Positions 11,601 to 21,461 of a DNA stretch of 64,000 nt are shown piece after piece. The stretch comes from an uncultured bacterium. Its GTDB lineage: Bacteria > CSSED10-310 > CAZUFC01. The notes beneath the pieces were generated by a model. It was not told where the DNA came from. It made no database searches and saw only the letters and a list, made by a program, of their open reading frames with translations. The DNA is taken from positions 397 through 64,396 of the forward strand of contig CAZUFC010000018.1 in assembly GCA_964619725.1 (NCBI GenBank), in the 5' to 3' direction. Positions within the stretch are counted from its first letter, which is position 1. The number at the start of each line of letters is the position of its first letter. The translations under genes and the position numbers were made by a program.

Positions 11601-12831
11601 TGACGATTTCCGTCCGGAGACTCATGGGATCGAGCGCCTGGAAGCGCGGATCGTCGTAATGCAAGCCGAGCAGGCGGCCCAACAAGGGAATCGCTTTATC
11701 GAGTTTTTCGCTGCTTTCCGCATCTTTTTTCAGCCGCTCCATGGCCTGTTCAAAATCCTTTTTGATCGGTTCTCCGATAGTCGGCTTATTCAAAAAGTTC
11801 AAGAGGAATGAGATAACCATCTCGTAAGGTCTTGAAGCGAAATGAGAAGCATTGCCTTTTAAAAACGGAGGCGCGGTTTCCACTTTGTTCTGCTGTGAGT
11901 CCATTGCGCCGGATTTATTGATTGACTTCAGGAATTCATGAACCAGCCGGGATTTGCCCATGCCGGCCTCAGCTTCAATATCAAGCAGAACATGCCTGAC
12001 AGGCGTTTCAGGATCGCCGGCAGAAGGCTCTTTAAAACACTGTTCATACATCGATTTCAGATGAGCGAGTTCCCGGCGGCGTCCCACGAAATTCGTCACG
12101 GATAATAAACTTGAACGCAACCATCGCTCTTTTCGCCGAATTCGTCCTTCCACGGAGAAATTACTTATCGGAAATTTTTTGCCTTTAGCGTACAGCGGCG
12201 ATTTCTCTGAGAAACTGTACCTGTCCGCAGCCAGGTTTCGCGTTACGTCAGACACTAAAATTGAGTTCACCTCGGCATTCTGCTCCAACCTCGCCGCTAT
12301 ATTCACCGTGTCGCCCATAATGACGTCCGATTCGTCCCGTTTCCCACGCGTCGCTTCTCCCGAATGTATCCCGATTCGCACCCCAAACTCGCCGCCCAGC
12401 CTCGAAAGCTGAGGATTTAGACTTCCCGCCGTATCCAGAATCGCAAACGCTGCATCGATGGCGCGGGCCGCATCATCTTCATGCGCTTTCCGGGCCCCGA
12501 ACGCAGCCAGGGCCGCATCGCCCGCATAATGATCGATCCAGCCACCTCTTCGCTCCACCTGGTTACGGACGATCCTGAAAAAATGTTCCGTAAAATCATT
12601 GATGAATTCATGGTCCATCCTGCCGGACAGGTCCGTAAAACCTTTTATATCCATAAATAAAACGGTTACGAAACGTCGCTCGCCCTCCTTCAAAACGAGC
12701 TTTTCATCACTCTTCTTCAGCGGCGTCGTCAAATCCAGTAACTTCTGCAAATCCTCCCTGATCAGATCAGAATCTTCTCCATATATTTTGTCGTCTATAT
12801 TGTCGTCATCATAAGTTCCGGATAATTTCAT
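8659..12831 (-). CDS. Class III nucleotidyl cyclase + AAA_16/STAND NTPase + long TPR array
   Basis: VLFMDIKGFT, AGDA, IGIHSG and GDTVNIAARLE cyclase motifs. Walker A AEAGMGKS and Walker B WEDYHWAD. About 14 repeats of ~40 aa (LNNIG..Y..G.Y..A..Y...L). Confidence 0.92.
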   Translation of the reverse strand: MKLSGTYDDDNIDDKIYGEDSDLIREDLQKLLDLTTPLKKSDEKLVLKEGERRFVTVLFMDIKGFTDLSGRMDHEFINDFTEHFFRIVRNQVERRGGWIDHYAGDAALAAFGARKAHEDDAARAIDAAFAILDTAGSLNPQLSRLGGEFGVRIGIHSGEATRGKRDESDVIMGDTVNIAARLEQNAEVNSILVSDVTRNLAADRYSFSEKSPLYAKGKKFPISNFSVEGRIRRKERWLRSSLLSVTNFVGRRRELAHLKSMYEQCFKEPSAGDPETPVRHVLLDIEAEAGMGKSRLVHEFLKSINKSGAMDSQQNKVETAPPFLKGNASHFASRPYEMVISFLLNFLNKPTIGEPIKKDFEQAMERLKKDAESSEKLDKAIPLLGRLLGLHYDDPRFQALDPMSLRTEIVIAFRTFMETLAQRNHHYGKRPFIMIWEDYHWADDPSKEALRFLLSSAKTFLPLMIILPHRPGVELPEVMKTRVKTGTLKLKPLTRDDEILMIQSMLGGIETPEELLTILRGRTEGNPFFVEELIQHFMDTGIIVRTREGWKFRSREELGRIPATLQNLALERIDLLEEPEKNILQRASVYGRDFSHGILQWIEQKLEGNTDLKEALDMLESLNFIIKTTETADSVSSKTDAYPSSGSMKNAVPASAAYDEKTQLYTFRHAIIREAAYNTLLHSNLRILHRICAEGLEHFFSEDMEPHCRDIAEHWLRAGNDAKAADYFQRAGRQALSSYDHKSALYSFTRADEIINDDDPQKIGILLARGEAYARLGKTAEAMLDFEESLASAKRADDATGEADALDRLGTMHFSQGKIEEAHECYQKSLELRQSISDHTGIGKSLNNIGNIHYSQGRCDKASEFYLESIEVRKRINDMNGAADAMNNMGLIHKSRGRYDEALEYFQEALEIKKKSKDRRNEANLLLNMGILHFNKAEYSKAMEYFENSLVLSSETGNLQGETRSLNSLGNTYCRTGNFEEALKYFRRSLELRKEIRDRAGIVASNLNIGNIMYLQGMNHQALPYFQKALIMSRELGSIKREAEVLNNVGMIHYKDGRYDISSQCMKRSLLRHQELDNKTGVCGAVLNIGKLHFAGGEWKQALLKYEEALKISREINFRSNEAFCLNNIGEIHLFQGEYEQGQDYFNEALNIFKELKEKKGRYIVLANLGKTLLRKGQFEKALELYAQSRNLRKKVGNRRSEAYIISALGDVRFSMNQLEQAEALYQKSLKMKREIEDFHGEGHSLIKSGILFYVGKQYAEAADCFRKSVILLSETEQEYMIMMAKSMLARLLHLTGEKNKARNMSQKTAEWLKINESKWSAALPDIGQIYFTRFLVLKEEDQEKARKYLNKAYQILKGHTDRIKEPDGRLNVLNAPLNRLVIEEWKKQF

Positions 12832-13147
12832 TGTCCTGTGTGGCTCCCCATCTGCTCATCGATTTCATGTGATAAGCTCCGTCAGATTTTTTCAGCTCGC
12901 CGCTTCTTCAACAAACGCCGTCCGATGTTGTCGACGCCATTATATAGTGAATGCGCTTGAAAAACAAAATCAGCAGTTTTGATTTTCATGTAAATCTACG
13001 GACCTCGATGAAAAAACAGCGGTGAATTCGTCAAACAGACAGTATTGGGGCAGGGTAAGCTTCTTAATGGGGATTTCAACAGTCTGATAGTTTTCAAAAA
13101 AGTGCAACCTCGGTTTGATCAGTCCCGTCCTTTTTTTCAACGGTATC

Positions 13148-13175
13148 TTGACCGGGATGTATAATATATTATAAT
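13148..13175 (+). promoter_or_regulatory. Putative sigma-70 promoter of the fibre-like gene
   Basis: TTGACC-16 nt-TATAAT, ~60 bp upstream of the AAGGAG RBS and ATG 13234. Confidence 0.5.
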
Positions 13176-13233
13176 TGAGTTAGTTGAGAGGCTTGGATTA
13201 GGATAAAATATCTTAAGCGAAAAAGGAGTTAAC

Positions 13234-14541
13234 ATGTTTAAGAAGGATTCAAATTCAATAAGCGCCTTTCTTTATGCAGTCATTTTGCTCTCGTGTGTTT
13301 GCAGCGCATTTATCTCTGTAACCCTGGCCGTACCCGCGACCATGAACTTTCAGGGTAAAATTAACGTTTCGGAAGTCCCGTTTACGGGTACGGGAAACTT
13401 CAGATTCGCGCTTTTAGACGGTTCGTTTACCCCGTTATGGACCAATGACGGCGAATTTCCCGAACCGCTCACCGATGTTGTCGTGGATGTGAGCAACGGA
13501 CTATACAACATCATTCTGGGTGATGCTCCCATGGCGCCGATACCGGTATCGATTTTCACGGAGGACGAGATATACCTTCGCATCTGGTTTGACGACGGCA
13601 GCGTAGGCCTGGAGCAATTATCGCCGGATCATCGGTTGACCAGCGTTGGTTTTGCGTTCCAGGCTGAGAAGGCGAATACGGCTGAAAACGCGGCTAACGC
13701 CGAGCTGCTGGACGGTCATACTTGGAGCGAGTTAGAGGAATCCGACGAAATTGATGCTGATATCCTGACTCATGCTGCTCAAGCTGATGCGCATCATGCC
13801 AAGACCACCAGTTTCAGCGAATTAACCGATGCAGCCGTCGATACCCAGATACCCGACGATATCTCCATCGACAACGGCAGGTTATATGCCCCGGCAGGAA
13901 GCGGCAAAGTAGGCATCGGCACGACCGATCCGAGCTCCAAGCTTGATGTATCCGGCACTGTATCCGCAAACAAATACACATCCACGGTAGACGTCGGCAC
14001 TGCTCCGCTGACCGTCACGTCGACAACCAAAGTTGTTAATCTCAATGCCGATATGATGGACGGCAAACACCTGAGCGATCTGGACAATCGGTTCGTCAAA
14101 GAAGGGCAAAGCAACAGCATCACATCAGCCATGATAACCAATAATACAATCGATGAAAGGGACCTCGGCTTCATGCGATGGGGCGATTGGTGCGGCAACG
14201 GCGATATAATCGCTGAAATCGGTAACTACCTCAGGGTATCAATTGGACCGACCAAAAATGAAATACAACTGGAAAACTTGGGCGGGTCATATTCGATAGG
14301 ATATGTTATGATAAAAATCGATTCTTCCGGGAATGTATCGGCCAGTGACGGCGCCATATTGGATGGAGAAACCGCATCTAAGAACTTTGCAAGTGCCAGA
14401 GATTTCACGATCCATTGCTATTTCTTCGAAAATTCAACCTATTTTACGTTTAACGGATTTTTTCCCTACTATTTGGGCGGTGATCCGGGAATCACCGGCC
14501 GCTGGGCTTACTTCAACAATAACGCCTATTCTAAAAAATAG
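13234..14541 (+). CDS. Secreted fibre/tailspike-like protein lacking the usual C-terminal S74 chaperone
   Basis: Signal peptide; VPATMNFQG N-domain; AELLDG and NADMMDGKH motifs and a KVGIGTTDPSSKLDVSG shaft repeat typical of S74-chaperoned trimeric proteins. Confidence 0.7.
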   Translation: MFKKDSNSISAFLYAVILLSCVCSAFISVTLAVPATMNFQGKINVSEVPFTGTGNFRFALLDGSFTPLWTNDGEFPEPLTDVVVDVSNGLYNIILGDAPMAPIPVSIFTEDEIYLRIWFDDGSVGLEQLSPDHRLTSVGFAFQAEKANTAENAANAELLDGHTWSELEESDEIDADILTHAAQADAHHAKTTSFSELTDAAVDTQIPDDISIDNGRLYAPAGSGKVGIGTTDPSSKLDVSGTVSANKYTSTVDVGTAPLTVTSTTKVVNLNADMMDGKHLSDLDNRFVKEGQSNSITSAMITNNTIDERDLGFMRWGDWCGNGDIIAEIGNYLRVSIGPTKNEIQLENLGGSYSIGYVMIKIDSSGNVSASDGAILDGETASKNFASARDFTIHCYFFENSTYFTFNGFFPYYLGGDPGITGRWAYFNNNAYSKK

Positions 14542-14780
14542 ATGCTTCGGAAAAAGCGTCTGTGGTCGAATGGCCGGTTTGTGGGTCGGTTCAATCTAAC
14601 ACCGGAATCTTCTCGGTTTTTTGCCGTTGTGGGCGCTGGATTCACGCCGTGCGGCGGGAACGCGCTCTTCGCATGTTATCCGCCGTAGGAAGGAATCGCT
14701 TTTATCGATCAATGGGAAGTCATTTTACGCATTATGAAGAATCTTGATCTTTAGCCGCGGCCGGCAAGAGACCCGCCTGA

Positions 14781-15155
14781 ATAGGTTGGTATGCCCCTAT
14801 CAATAGATTAGAACTGCCGAATGAAGACGGAACCGGCGGTCGCGGGTTGGCTCGATCATGGATAACTTTCAGCTCTTCAAAATTAAAAACTAACCTGCCG
14901 CCGATCAATAACGCACTTGAAAAAGTCTTGAATTTGAGCGGGGTATATTTCAATTGGAAAGAAAATGGCAGTCGTGATTTAGGGATGATCGCAGAAGAAG
15001 TCGCTGAAATAATACCTGAAGTAGTCGCTTACAAAGAAAAAGGAAAATAAGCTTACGCACTGGATTATTCCAGATTGACCGCCCTGTTGATTGAAGCGAA
15101 AAAGCAACAGCAAAATGAAATAGACGAGTTGAAGCTTCTGCTGAATATTGATTGA
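14781..15155 (+). pseudogene. Orphan peptidase S74 intramolecular chaperone domain remnant
   Basis: One frame reads IG..P.NRLELP...WITFSSSKLKTNLPPINNALEKVLNLSGVYFNWK...GMIAEEVAEIIPEVV...*AYALDYSRLTALLIEA.KQQQNEIDELK. In-frame stops at 14778 and 15048; no credible start. Confidence 0.8.
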
Positions 15156-15346
15156 CAATCTTTTGCCACAGCCCGAATTTTTCGGCATTTATCAGTCACC
15201 GAATCTTATATCGGAATTTAAGAGTAGCGTGAATCATTGTTGATTTCAGTTTTTCCTTGCTCTCTTCTTTCAGTTTACCCATAATTCAACAGAAGGACTT
15301 TCTCAATCGGGAAATTCCTTTGGCCGCTTCAGTTCGAGTAGGAATA

Positions 15347-17191
15347 ATGAGTGATAAAAAAGACAAAGAAAAAATATTGCCGCAATCTCGTCTGCATAAA
15401 TCGGGAAAATTCGTCCTGCTCAGCCTGCTTGCGCTGCTCATCACTTTTTTTATGATCTACGGGTTTTTCGAATGGAAGAATCTTTCCACGACGCTGCCCT
15501 TCGGCGATGCCAGGCTGAATATGTGGATAATGTCCTGGAACAACCATATCCTCGTCACCGATCCGTTAAATTACTTCAACGCCAACATTTTTCATCCCTA
15601 TTCCTGCACCCTGGCGTTCAGCGAGCATCTTTTCGTTCCCAGTCTTATCGCCTGGCCTTTTAACTTCATATCGGGGAATCCTCTGATCGGATATTATTTC
15701 GTCATTTTTTTCAGTTTTTTCTGTAATTTCTGGTTCATGTATCTTCTCGTCCGGGAATACGGTTTTTCCAGCCCCGTTTCTTATTTGGCTTCCGTATTTT
15801 TTGCGTTTTCCATATCTTTTGTGGGAGAAGCTTATGCGCATATTCAGACGTTGCAGTTTTACTGGAGCCTGGCCGCTTTTCTGTTTTTTCGCAAATGGAT
15901 GCTAAGCGACAGGTTCCGTTTTTTAGGGGCGTTTTTTGTCTGTGTTTTGGGGCAGGCACTTTCCGGATGGTATTTATGGTCGTTTTTTCTCCTGCTTTTT
16001 TTTATCGGCATTTTATTTCCGTTTTTCCGCGCCGGGGTCGGCATCACGTGGAGGAGGTTGTTAAAACTGGGCGTCGTTTTTTTCATCGCCGGCATAATCC
16101 TGATACCTTTTACGGCGCCTTATCTGAATAAAGCGCTTCATACAGCGCCGGAAAAAAGTTCATATGCTTCGGTCAGTTTGACGAGCTGGTTGAAGCCTCC
16201 GCCGGGGACATTCTGGGCCGACGTATTTAGACTGAAATACAAGTGGTTTCTGGCGAATTACCTGTTTCCGGGGTATTCTCTATTGATATGCGCCATAGCC
16301 GGTTTTATCATTCCCCGCGGTAAAAAAAGCGAAAAAAGAGGAATCAAGTTCTATTCGATCATCATCATTCTCCTGGGCGTAACGGCTTCACTCGGCACGG
16401 TCGTTAAGAATCCCGACGGCGATACCATGATAAAATTGCCCTATTATTACATGGTGAAATTCCTTATTTTTTTGCGGCCCATGAGAGCCGTCGGCAGGTT
16501 CGGCATAATCGTTTTTTTCGCAATGGCTTTAATGGGAGCGTTCGGGATAAATAGAACGGTCCGCAGATTTTCAACCAACAAAAAATGGCTTTTTTGTCTG
16601 GCGATTTCATTGATTTTCCTCCTGGAAACCAGGATAAACATTAAAATCGCTTCCCCGAACCTGGGCCCGAATAAAGTCGACGGCTGGCTCGATTCACTGC
16701 CTGAGCCTCCCGTGGCAGCGATGCTTCCCGATCTGACCGGGCAATATCTGCCTTTGAATGTGGATTACCAGGCGCATTCCGTGTATCACTGGAGCAGACT
16801 GATCAACGGAGACAGCCGCTACATGCCGGGCGACTATCGCAAAATAGTCAAGATAATGAATCGTTTCCCCGATGAGGAATCCGTCAATTTACTTAAAAAG
16901 TCCCACGTCGATTATGTCGTGGTTCACCCGCGTCGTTATTTGTTCAAGGAGATCAATGCCCTGGAAAAATTGATCACTCTGGGCGATTTCAGGGACAATG
17001 TGAGTTATTTGAATGCATTTGTGGAGGAGATACTGGAGAATCCGGAGTATGTGCCGGAACAGTGGAACAAGGTTTATGAAAAACTGGAAGGGCATCCCGA
17101 TCTTCAATGCCTGGCCCGCTTTCCTTCAGGGCTGATTTATACTTTCAGGACCGAAAAGCCGCCTGTGGACCGGAAGATAAGCCGAAAGTAG
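15347..17191 (+). CDS. Multi-pass membrane protein, YfhO/GT-C glycosyltransferase-like
   Basis: GD.RLNMWIMSW, FNANIFHPY..TLAFSEH, YLFPG, R..GRF and LINGDS motifs; more than 10 hydrophobic segments. Confidence 0.7.
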   Translation: MSDKKDKEKILPQSRLHKSGKFVLLSLLALLITFFMIYGFFEWKNLSTTLPFGDARLNMWIMSWNNHILVTDPLNYFNANIFHPYSCTLAFSEHLFVPSLIAWPFNFISGNPLIGYYFVIFFSFFCNFWFMYLLVREYGFSSPVSYLASVFFAFSISFVGEAYAHIQTLQFYWSLAAFLFFRKWMLSDRFRFLGAFFVCVLGQALSGWYLWSFFLLLFFIGILFPFFRAGVGITWRRLLKLGVVFFIAGIILIPFTAPYLNKALHTAPEKSSYASVSLTSWLKPPPGTFWADVFRLKYKWFLANYLFPGYSLLICAIAGFIIPRGKKSEKRGIKFYSIIIILLGVTASLGTVVKNPDGDTMIKLPYYYMVKFLIFLRPMRAVGRFGIIVFFAMALMGAFGINRTVRRFSTNKKWLFCLAISLIFLLETRINIKIASPNLGPNKVDGWLDSLPEPPVAAMLPDLTGQYLPLNVDYQAHSVYHWSRLINGDSRYMPGDYRKIVKIMNRFPDEESVNLLKKSHVDYVVVHPRRYLFKEINALEKLITLGDFRDNVSYLNAFVEEILENPEYVPEQWNKVYEKLEGHPDLQCLARFPSGLIYTFRTEKPPVDRKISRK

Positions 17192-17310
17192 ATTGGGAGT
17201 GACCAGTTTCAAATAAATTCTTCACAGAAGGGCGAACGAAAGTAAAACTTCCGCCAACCGGCTTCCTGCGCATCCTTCTGATTTTTTCTTTTCGCTATAT
17301 CTGCAATTTG

Positions 17311-17471
17311 GGGACTGATCAAACCGGGGCAACGCTTCTTTCAAAACTCTTGACGGTTCGTTCCAGTAAACGGTATCGGGGTCATGGTCGGTATTGAAAT
17401 CGAAACAAAATGACGGGTGATTGTGATTCTGTCAGATTGTATCCTAAAAAGATCTATTTTTGATCAAGCCG
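17311..17471 (-). mobile_element. TGATCA-ended MITE-like repeat
   Basis: GGGACTGATCAAACCGGGG...TTTTTGATCAAGCC; reverse-orientation homologue of 6532-6710. Confidence 0.8.
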
Positions 17472-17485
17472 CAATTGTATGTTAA

Positions 17486-18868
17486 TCAGAATTCAGCATT
17501 ACCGGGGGTTCTGGGAAAGGGTATGACGTCGCGTATATTAGTCATGCCGGTTACGAACATGAGCATCCTGGCGAATCCCAGTCCGAAACCGCTATGTTCG
17601 ACGGTACCCTGGCGTCGGACATCGAGATACCATTCATAGTCCTCTTTGTTGAGACCCTTGTCTTCTATCTGACGGAGAAGAACATCGTAGCGTTCTTCCC
17701 TCTGGCTGCCGCCTATGATTTCTCCTATCCGGGGAACCAGCACGTCCATGGCTGCTACGGTTTTTCCGTCATCGTTCAACCTCATGTAAAAAGCCTTGAT
17801 CTTCTTCGGATAATCATATACCGTGACGGGTTTTTTGAAATGCTTCTCCGTCAGATAACGCTCATGTTCCGTCTGAAGATCGCAACCCCAGAAAACAGGA
17901 TACTCGAAATTCTTCTTGCTCTGTTCGAGAATCTTAATCGCATCTGTATAGGGAACGTTAACGAAATCACTTTTTACCACGGAATTGAGTTTATCGATGA
18001 CCCCCTTTTCTATCCAGCGGTTGAAAAATGCCATATCATCAGGGCAATTGTCCAGAACATACTGAATGATATATTTGAGGAATTCCTCGGCCAATTCCAT
18101 ATTATCTACGTTGTCGTAAAAGGCCATTTCCGGTTCTATCATCCAGAATTCAGCTACGTGACGGGCCGTGTTGGAATTTTCCGCTCGAAAAGTGGGTCCG
18201 AAAGTATAAACATCGCCCAGCGCCAATGCCAGGAGTTCCGCTTCCAATTGTCCGCTGACGGTGAGAAACGTCGGTTTTTCAAAGAAATCCTGTGAAAAAT
18301 CCACCCTGTCGTTCGATTTCGGAATATCATTGAAATCAAGCGTCGATACCCGGAACATCTCTCCGGCCCCTTCGCAATCGCTGCCGCTTATGATCGGCGT
18401 GTGGATATATATGAAATTACGGTCGTTGAAAAATTTATGTATAGCGAAAGAAAGCGCGTGACGGACCCGGAAAACCGCTCCGAATGTATTGGTCCGAGAC
18501 CTCAAATGTGCTATTTCACGAAGAAACTCGAATGAGTGCCTTTTCTTCTGTAAAGGATAGTCTTCCGTAACCCGGCCCAATACCCTGATGTCCTTCGCCT
18601 GTAATTCAACGCTCTGCTCCTTTCCCGGAGATTCAGAAAGGACGCCTTCTACAGCGACGCTGCAGCCTGAAATTATTTTTCGCACTTCATTCGCATAATT
18701 AGGGAGTTTTTCATCCGCTATCACCTGGATATTAGTAATGATCGATCCGTCATTGACTTCGATGAAAGAAAAATTTTTAGCGTCCCTTTTCGTTCTGACC
18801 CATCCCTTGATTTTGACTTCTTCGCCGGCTTTACCGTTCTTCAGTAAATCTATGATCTTTCGTCTCAT
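17486..18868 (-). CDS. asnS: Asparagine--tRNA ligase
   Basis: GWVRTKR OB fold, [37 protein letters not shown] and IPFPRTPG motifs; ATG 18868 with GAGGGAG RBS. Confidence 0.97.
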   Translation of the reverse strand: MRRKIIDLLKNGKAGEEVKIKGWVRTKRDAKNFSFIEVNDGSIITNIQVIADEKLPNYANEVRKIISGCSVAVEGVLSESPGKEQSVELQAKDIRVLGRVTEDYPLQKKRHSFEFLREIAHLRSRTNTFGAVFRVRHALSFAIHKFFNDRNFIYIHTPIISGSDCEGAGEMFRVSTLDFNDIPKSNDRVDFSQDFFEKPTFLTVSGQLEAELLALALGDVYTFGPTFRAENSNTARHVAEFWMIEPEMAFYDNVDNMELAEEFLKYIIQYVLDNCPDDMAFFNRWIEKGVIDKLNSVVKSDFVNVPYTDAIKILEQSKKNFEYPVFWGCDLQTEHERYLTEKHFKKPVTVYDYPKKIKAFYMRLNDDGKTVAAMDVLVPRIGEIIGGSQREERYDVLLRQIEDKGLNKEDYEWYLDVRRQGTVEHSGFGLGFARMLMFVTGMTNIRDVIPFPRTPGNAEF

Positions 18869-19010
18869 GATGATGCTCCCTCTTTTTATCACATTCAGCG
18901 GCAACCAGGCGCCGCGACTTAATCCGTAATTGTAGCGCCTTGCCGCCGCCGCCGGCAACATGTTATCTTCTAACCGGGAAAAAAGTTCCCGCAGGTAACG
19001 GAAAACAGTC

Positions 19011-20453
19011 ATGAGTCGAACCGCCGGAAAAAACAAACGGATATTTGAAAGCCTCAGCGGTTCTTTCTTTTTTATCGCAGCGGGGGTAATTTTCATTTTG
19101 TTGCAGATGTCCGGCTGCAGTCAGTTTGAAAAAGAGGCTCCTGCAGGGATAATATTGATTTCCATCGACAGTCTCCGGGCCGATCATCTGCATTGTTACG
19201 GATACCCGGTCGTAACGTCGCCGAATATTGACCGTATAGCGGACGAAGGCATTCTCTTTCAACGGACCATAGCCCAGGCTCCCTGGACCCTTCCGTCCCA
19301 TCTGTCTATGCTCACGTCCCGGTTCGTGAAATCGCACGGGGTCGACGAAGGCAATAAAAAATTGAATGCTGAAACGGTGACTCTGGCTGAAGTTCTGCAG
19401 CAGGAGGGATATGCGACGGCCGCTTTCGTGAGCGGTCCCTGGATGCATCCGCAGTTCGGTTTCGCCAGGGGGTTCGACTTTTACAATATGGAATCCGGCA
19501 GCGCTGATGCGATAAGGTCTCATTCCGACATAACGTCGCCGGCCATAACCGCCAGGGTCATGGAATGGCTCAATCATTTCGACCGCAAACGTAATTTTTT
19601 CCTTTTCATCCATTACTGGGACGTGCATTACGATTATATTCCGCCTTCGCCATACGATCGTATTTTCGATCCGGACTATACCGGGAACGTCGACGGAAAA
19701 AACTTTGAAACCGATCCCGGAGTTAATCATGAACTGCCGGAAGAAGACATCCGGCATCTCCTGGCCCTTTACGACGGAGAAATAGCTTTCACGGATAAAT
19801 ATATCGGAATGCTGTTCCAGAGGCTCATTCAACTGGACCTGTTCGATGAGAGTCTCATCATTATAACGTCCGATCACGGCGATGAATTTTTCGAGCATAA
19901 AGGCAAAGGACACTGCACGACTCTGTATGATGAGGTTATAAGGGTTCCATTAATCATCCGCCCGCCCAGGGGTAAAGATAAGACGAAAATCATTCCTGCG
20001 ACGGCCCGCTCCATCGATATTGCGGCGACTGTTTTAAAATTTGCCGGCTGCACCATACCGGACTCTTTCCAGGGTAAAAACCTCCCGGCCGTCAATCCTT
20101 CACATTCAACCGAAAACGTTTGTTATCCGGCATTCAGCGAAACTTCGGTAGTCCGCAGAGGACCCGACGGACGACCCGTCATGTTTGAAGAAGACGGCCA
20201 CAAACTGCTTGTAGAACAAAATTTATTAAAACTGATCAGGGAAAATCCTGGAAATACGCGTGAATTATACTCAATCGCCGGGAATCCACGTGAAACAAAA
20301 AACCTCCTCCAGGATAAACCGGAATTAAACTCGCTGTTTGCTGATACGATAAATTACTACGAAAAAGGATTGAAAGGCGAATCAGACCTGGAAGCCGTCA
20401 GCCTGGATGAAGAAACTCAGGATCAGTTGAAAGCCCTGGGATACATTGAATGA
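19011..20453 (+). CDS. Sulfatase-like alkaline-phosphatase-superfamily protein (Thr-type, probable lipoprotein)
   Basis: [35 protein letters not shown] and LKALGYI; MSGC lipobox-like signal. Confidence 0.88.
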   Translation: MSRTAGKNKRIFESLSGSFFFIAAGVIFILLQMSGCSQFEKEAPAGIILISIDSLRADHLHCYGYPVVTSPNIDRIADEGILFQRTIAQAPWTLPSHLSMLTSRFVKSHGVDEGNKKLNAETVTLAEVLQQEGYATAAFVSGPWMHPQFGFARGFDFYNMESGSADAIRSHSDITSPAITARVMEWLNHFDRKRNFFLFIHYWDVHYDYIPPSPYDRIFDPDYTGNVDGKNFETDPGVNHELPEEDIRHLLALYDGEIAFTDKYIGMLFQRLIQLDLFDESLIIITSDHGDEFFEHKGKGHCTTLYDEVIRVPLIIRPPRGKDKTKIIPATARSIDIAATVLKFAGCTIPDSFQGKNLPAVNPSHSTENVCYPAFSETSVVRRGPDGRPVMFEEDGHKLLVEQNLLKLIRENPGNTRELYSIAGNPRETKNLLQDKPELNSLFADTINYYEKGLKGESDLEAVSLDEETQDQLKALGYIE

Positions 20454-20719
20454 ACGGTTTCGGCGATGTAGAAGTTCACATCTCCTGACATTCACTGATA
20501 AGAAATTGTGAAATGTCTGATGAAAGAACAATGTTGAAGCAGTCAAACGGATAATTGCAGGCAAGGATCAGTTTTTTAATAAGGATTTCAATCAGTCAAA
20601 GGTGTTATGAAAAAGTGCAGCCCTGGTACAATCAATCCCAAAAATACCGTCTCTTTTTCTGTGAAGGTTAATTTCCAGATGCCCGCTATTGCTAATAAAA
20701 ATGATTCGATATTCCAATC

Positions 20720-20774
20720 GTCCCTTCTGTCCCTTAGGTCTCTTAGGTCCCTTAGGTCCCTTTGTCCCTTTGTC
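20720..20774. repeat. 8-9-bp tandem repeat (GTCCCTT(AG/T))x6
   Basis: Directly visible in the sequence. Confidence 0.9.
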
Positions 20775-21174
20775 TATTTTTATTAAAATCCTCATCCTTA
20801 CCCGAATTCAATCAGTCAAACGATTCATCACTTTTCCATAGTTTTCTTAGCCGTCTTTTGCGGCCCTTCGCGGATAAAAAGTATACGAGCACATCAGGCA
20901 TCTGCAAATGATTAAATAATTTCGGAAGAATTACTGTCCGCGAAATTACGCGAATTTACACGAAAAGAGAAGGGCGGGAAAATGTGTTCGATCGATTCAA
21001 ATGACTGCCCTGTTTTGTTTTCAAACGACTGTACAGGCCAGGCCGATGCTTCGATTACGATTACCGCTGCACTGAGCAAGAGCATGAGCAAGAAGGATTC
21101 AAGCTGAGAAATTGTAACCCAGACATGGCCATTTTTGATCAGCGCCGGAATTTCTTATTCACTTGAAGAAGACG

Positions 21175-21311
21175 ACACTCGATCATTCTTTCGATTTATT
21201 TTGTTTCGACTGCGATTCCGATCCCGACCCCGATTACTGAAAAAAAAACTGTCAAGCGTTTTGAAAAAAGTGTAACCTCGGTTTGATCATTTCCATTTTT
21301 TGATCAGTCCC
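21175..21311 (+). mobile_element. TGATCA-ended MITE-like repeat (degenerate left end, doubled right end)
   Basis: TTTTGTTTCGA...GATCCCGACCCCGATTACTGAAA...GTAACCTCGGTTTGATCA...TTTGATCAGTCCC. Confidence 0.75.
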
Positions 21312-21349
21312 AATATTTCTTTTTGACTTCTTTTTCTTTTTTTGTATTA

Positions 21350-21398
21350 TTTATTTTCATAGACCAATGAAGGACCTTCATTGGTCTATGAAAATAAA
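21350..21398. repeat. Perfect 24-bp-arm palindrome directly after a putative promoter
   Basis: TTTATTTTCATAGACCAATGAAGG-A-CCTTCATTGGTCTATGAAAATAAA; TTGACT-16-TATTAT at 21323-21350. Confidence 0.9.
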
Positions 21399-21461
21399 GG
21401 AGATTCTTCCGCTTTTTTAACCCCCCCTTGTCATAATTTAAGAAGCGAGATGAGATAAGCT

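Noticed and set aside
13234-15155. Prophage
   Set aside because: Fibre-like motifs only; a signal peptide is present and there are no integrase, capsid or terminase genes.
18869-19096. N-terminal extension of AsnS
   Set aside because: It overlaps the divergent sulfatase-like gene; the RBS supports ATG 18868.
17594-19913. Long antisense ORFs (233 aa and 316 aa; also 22596-23312 and 52591-53394)
   Set aside because: They are shadows of well-supported genes on the opposite strand, with no motifs.
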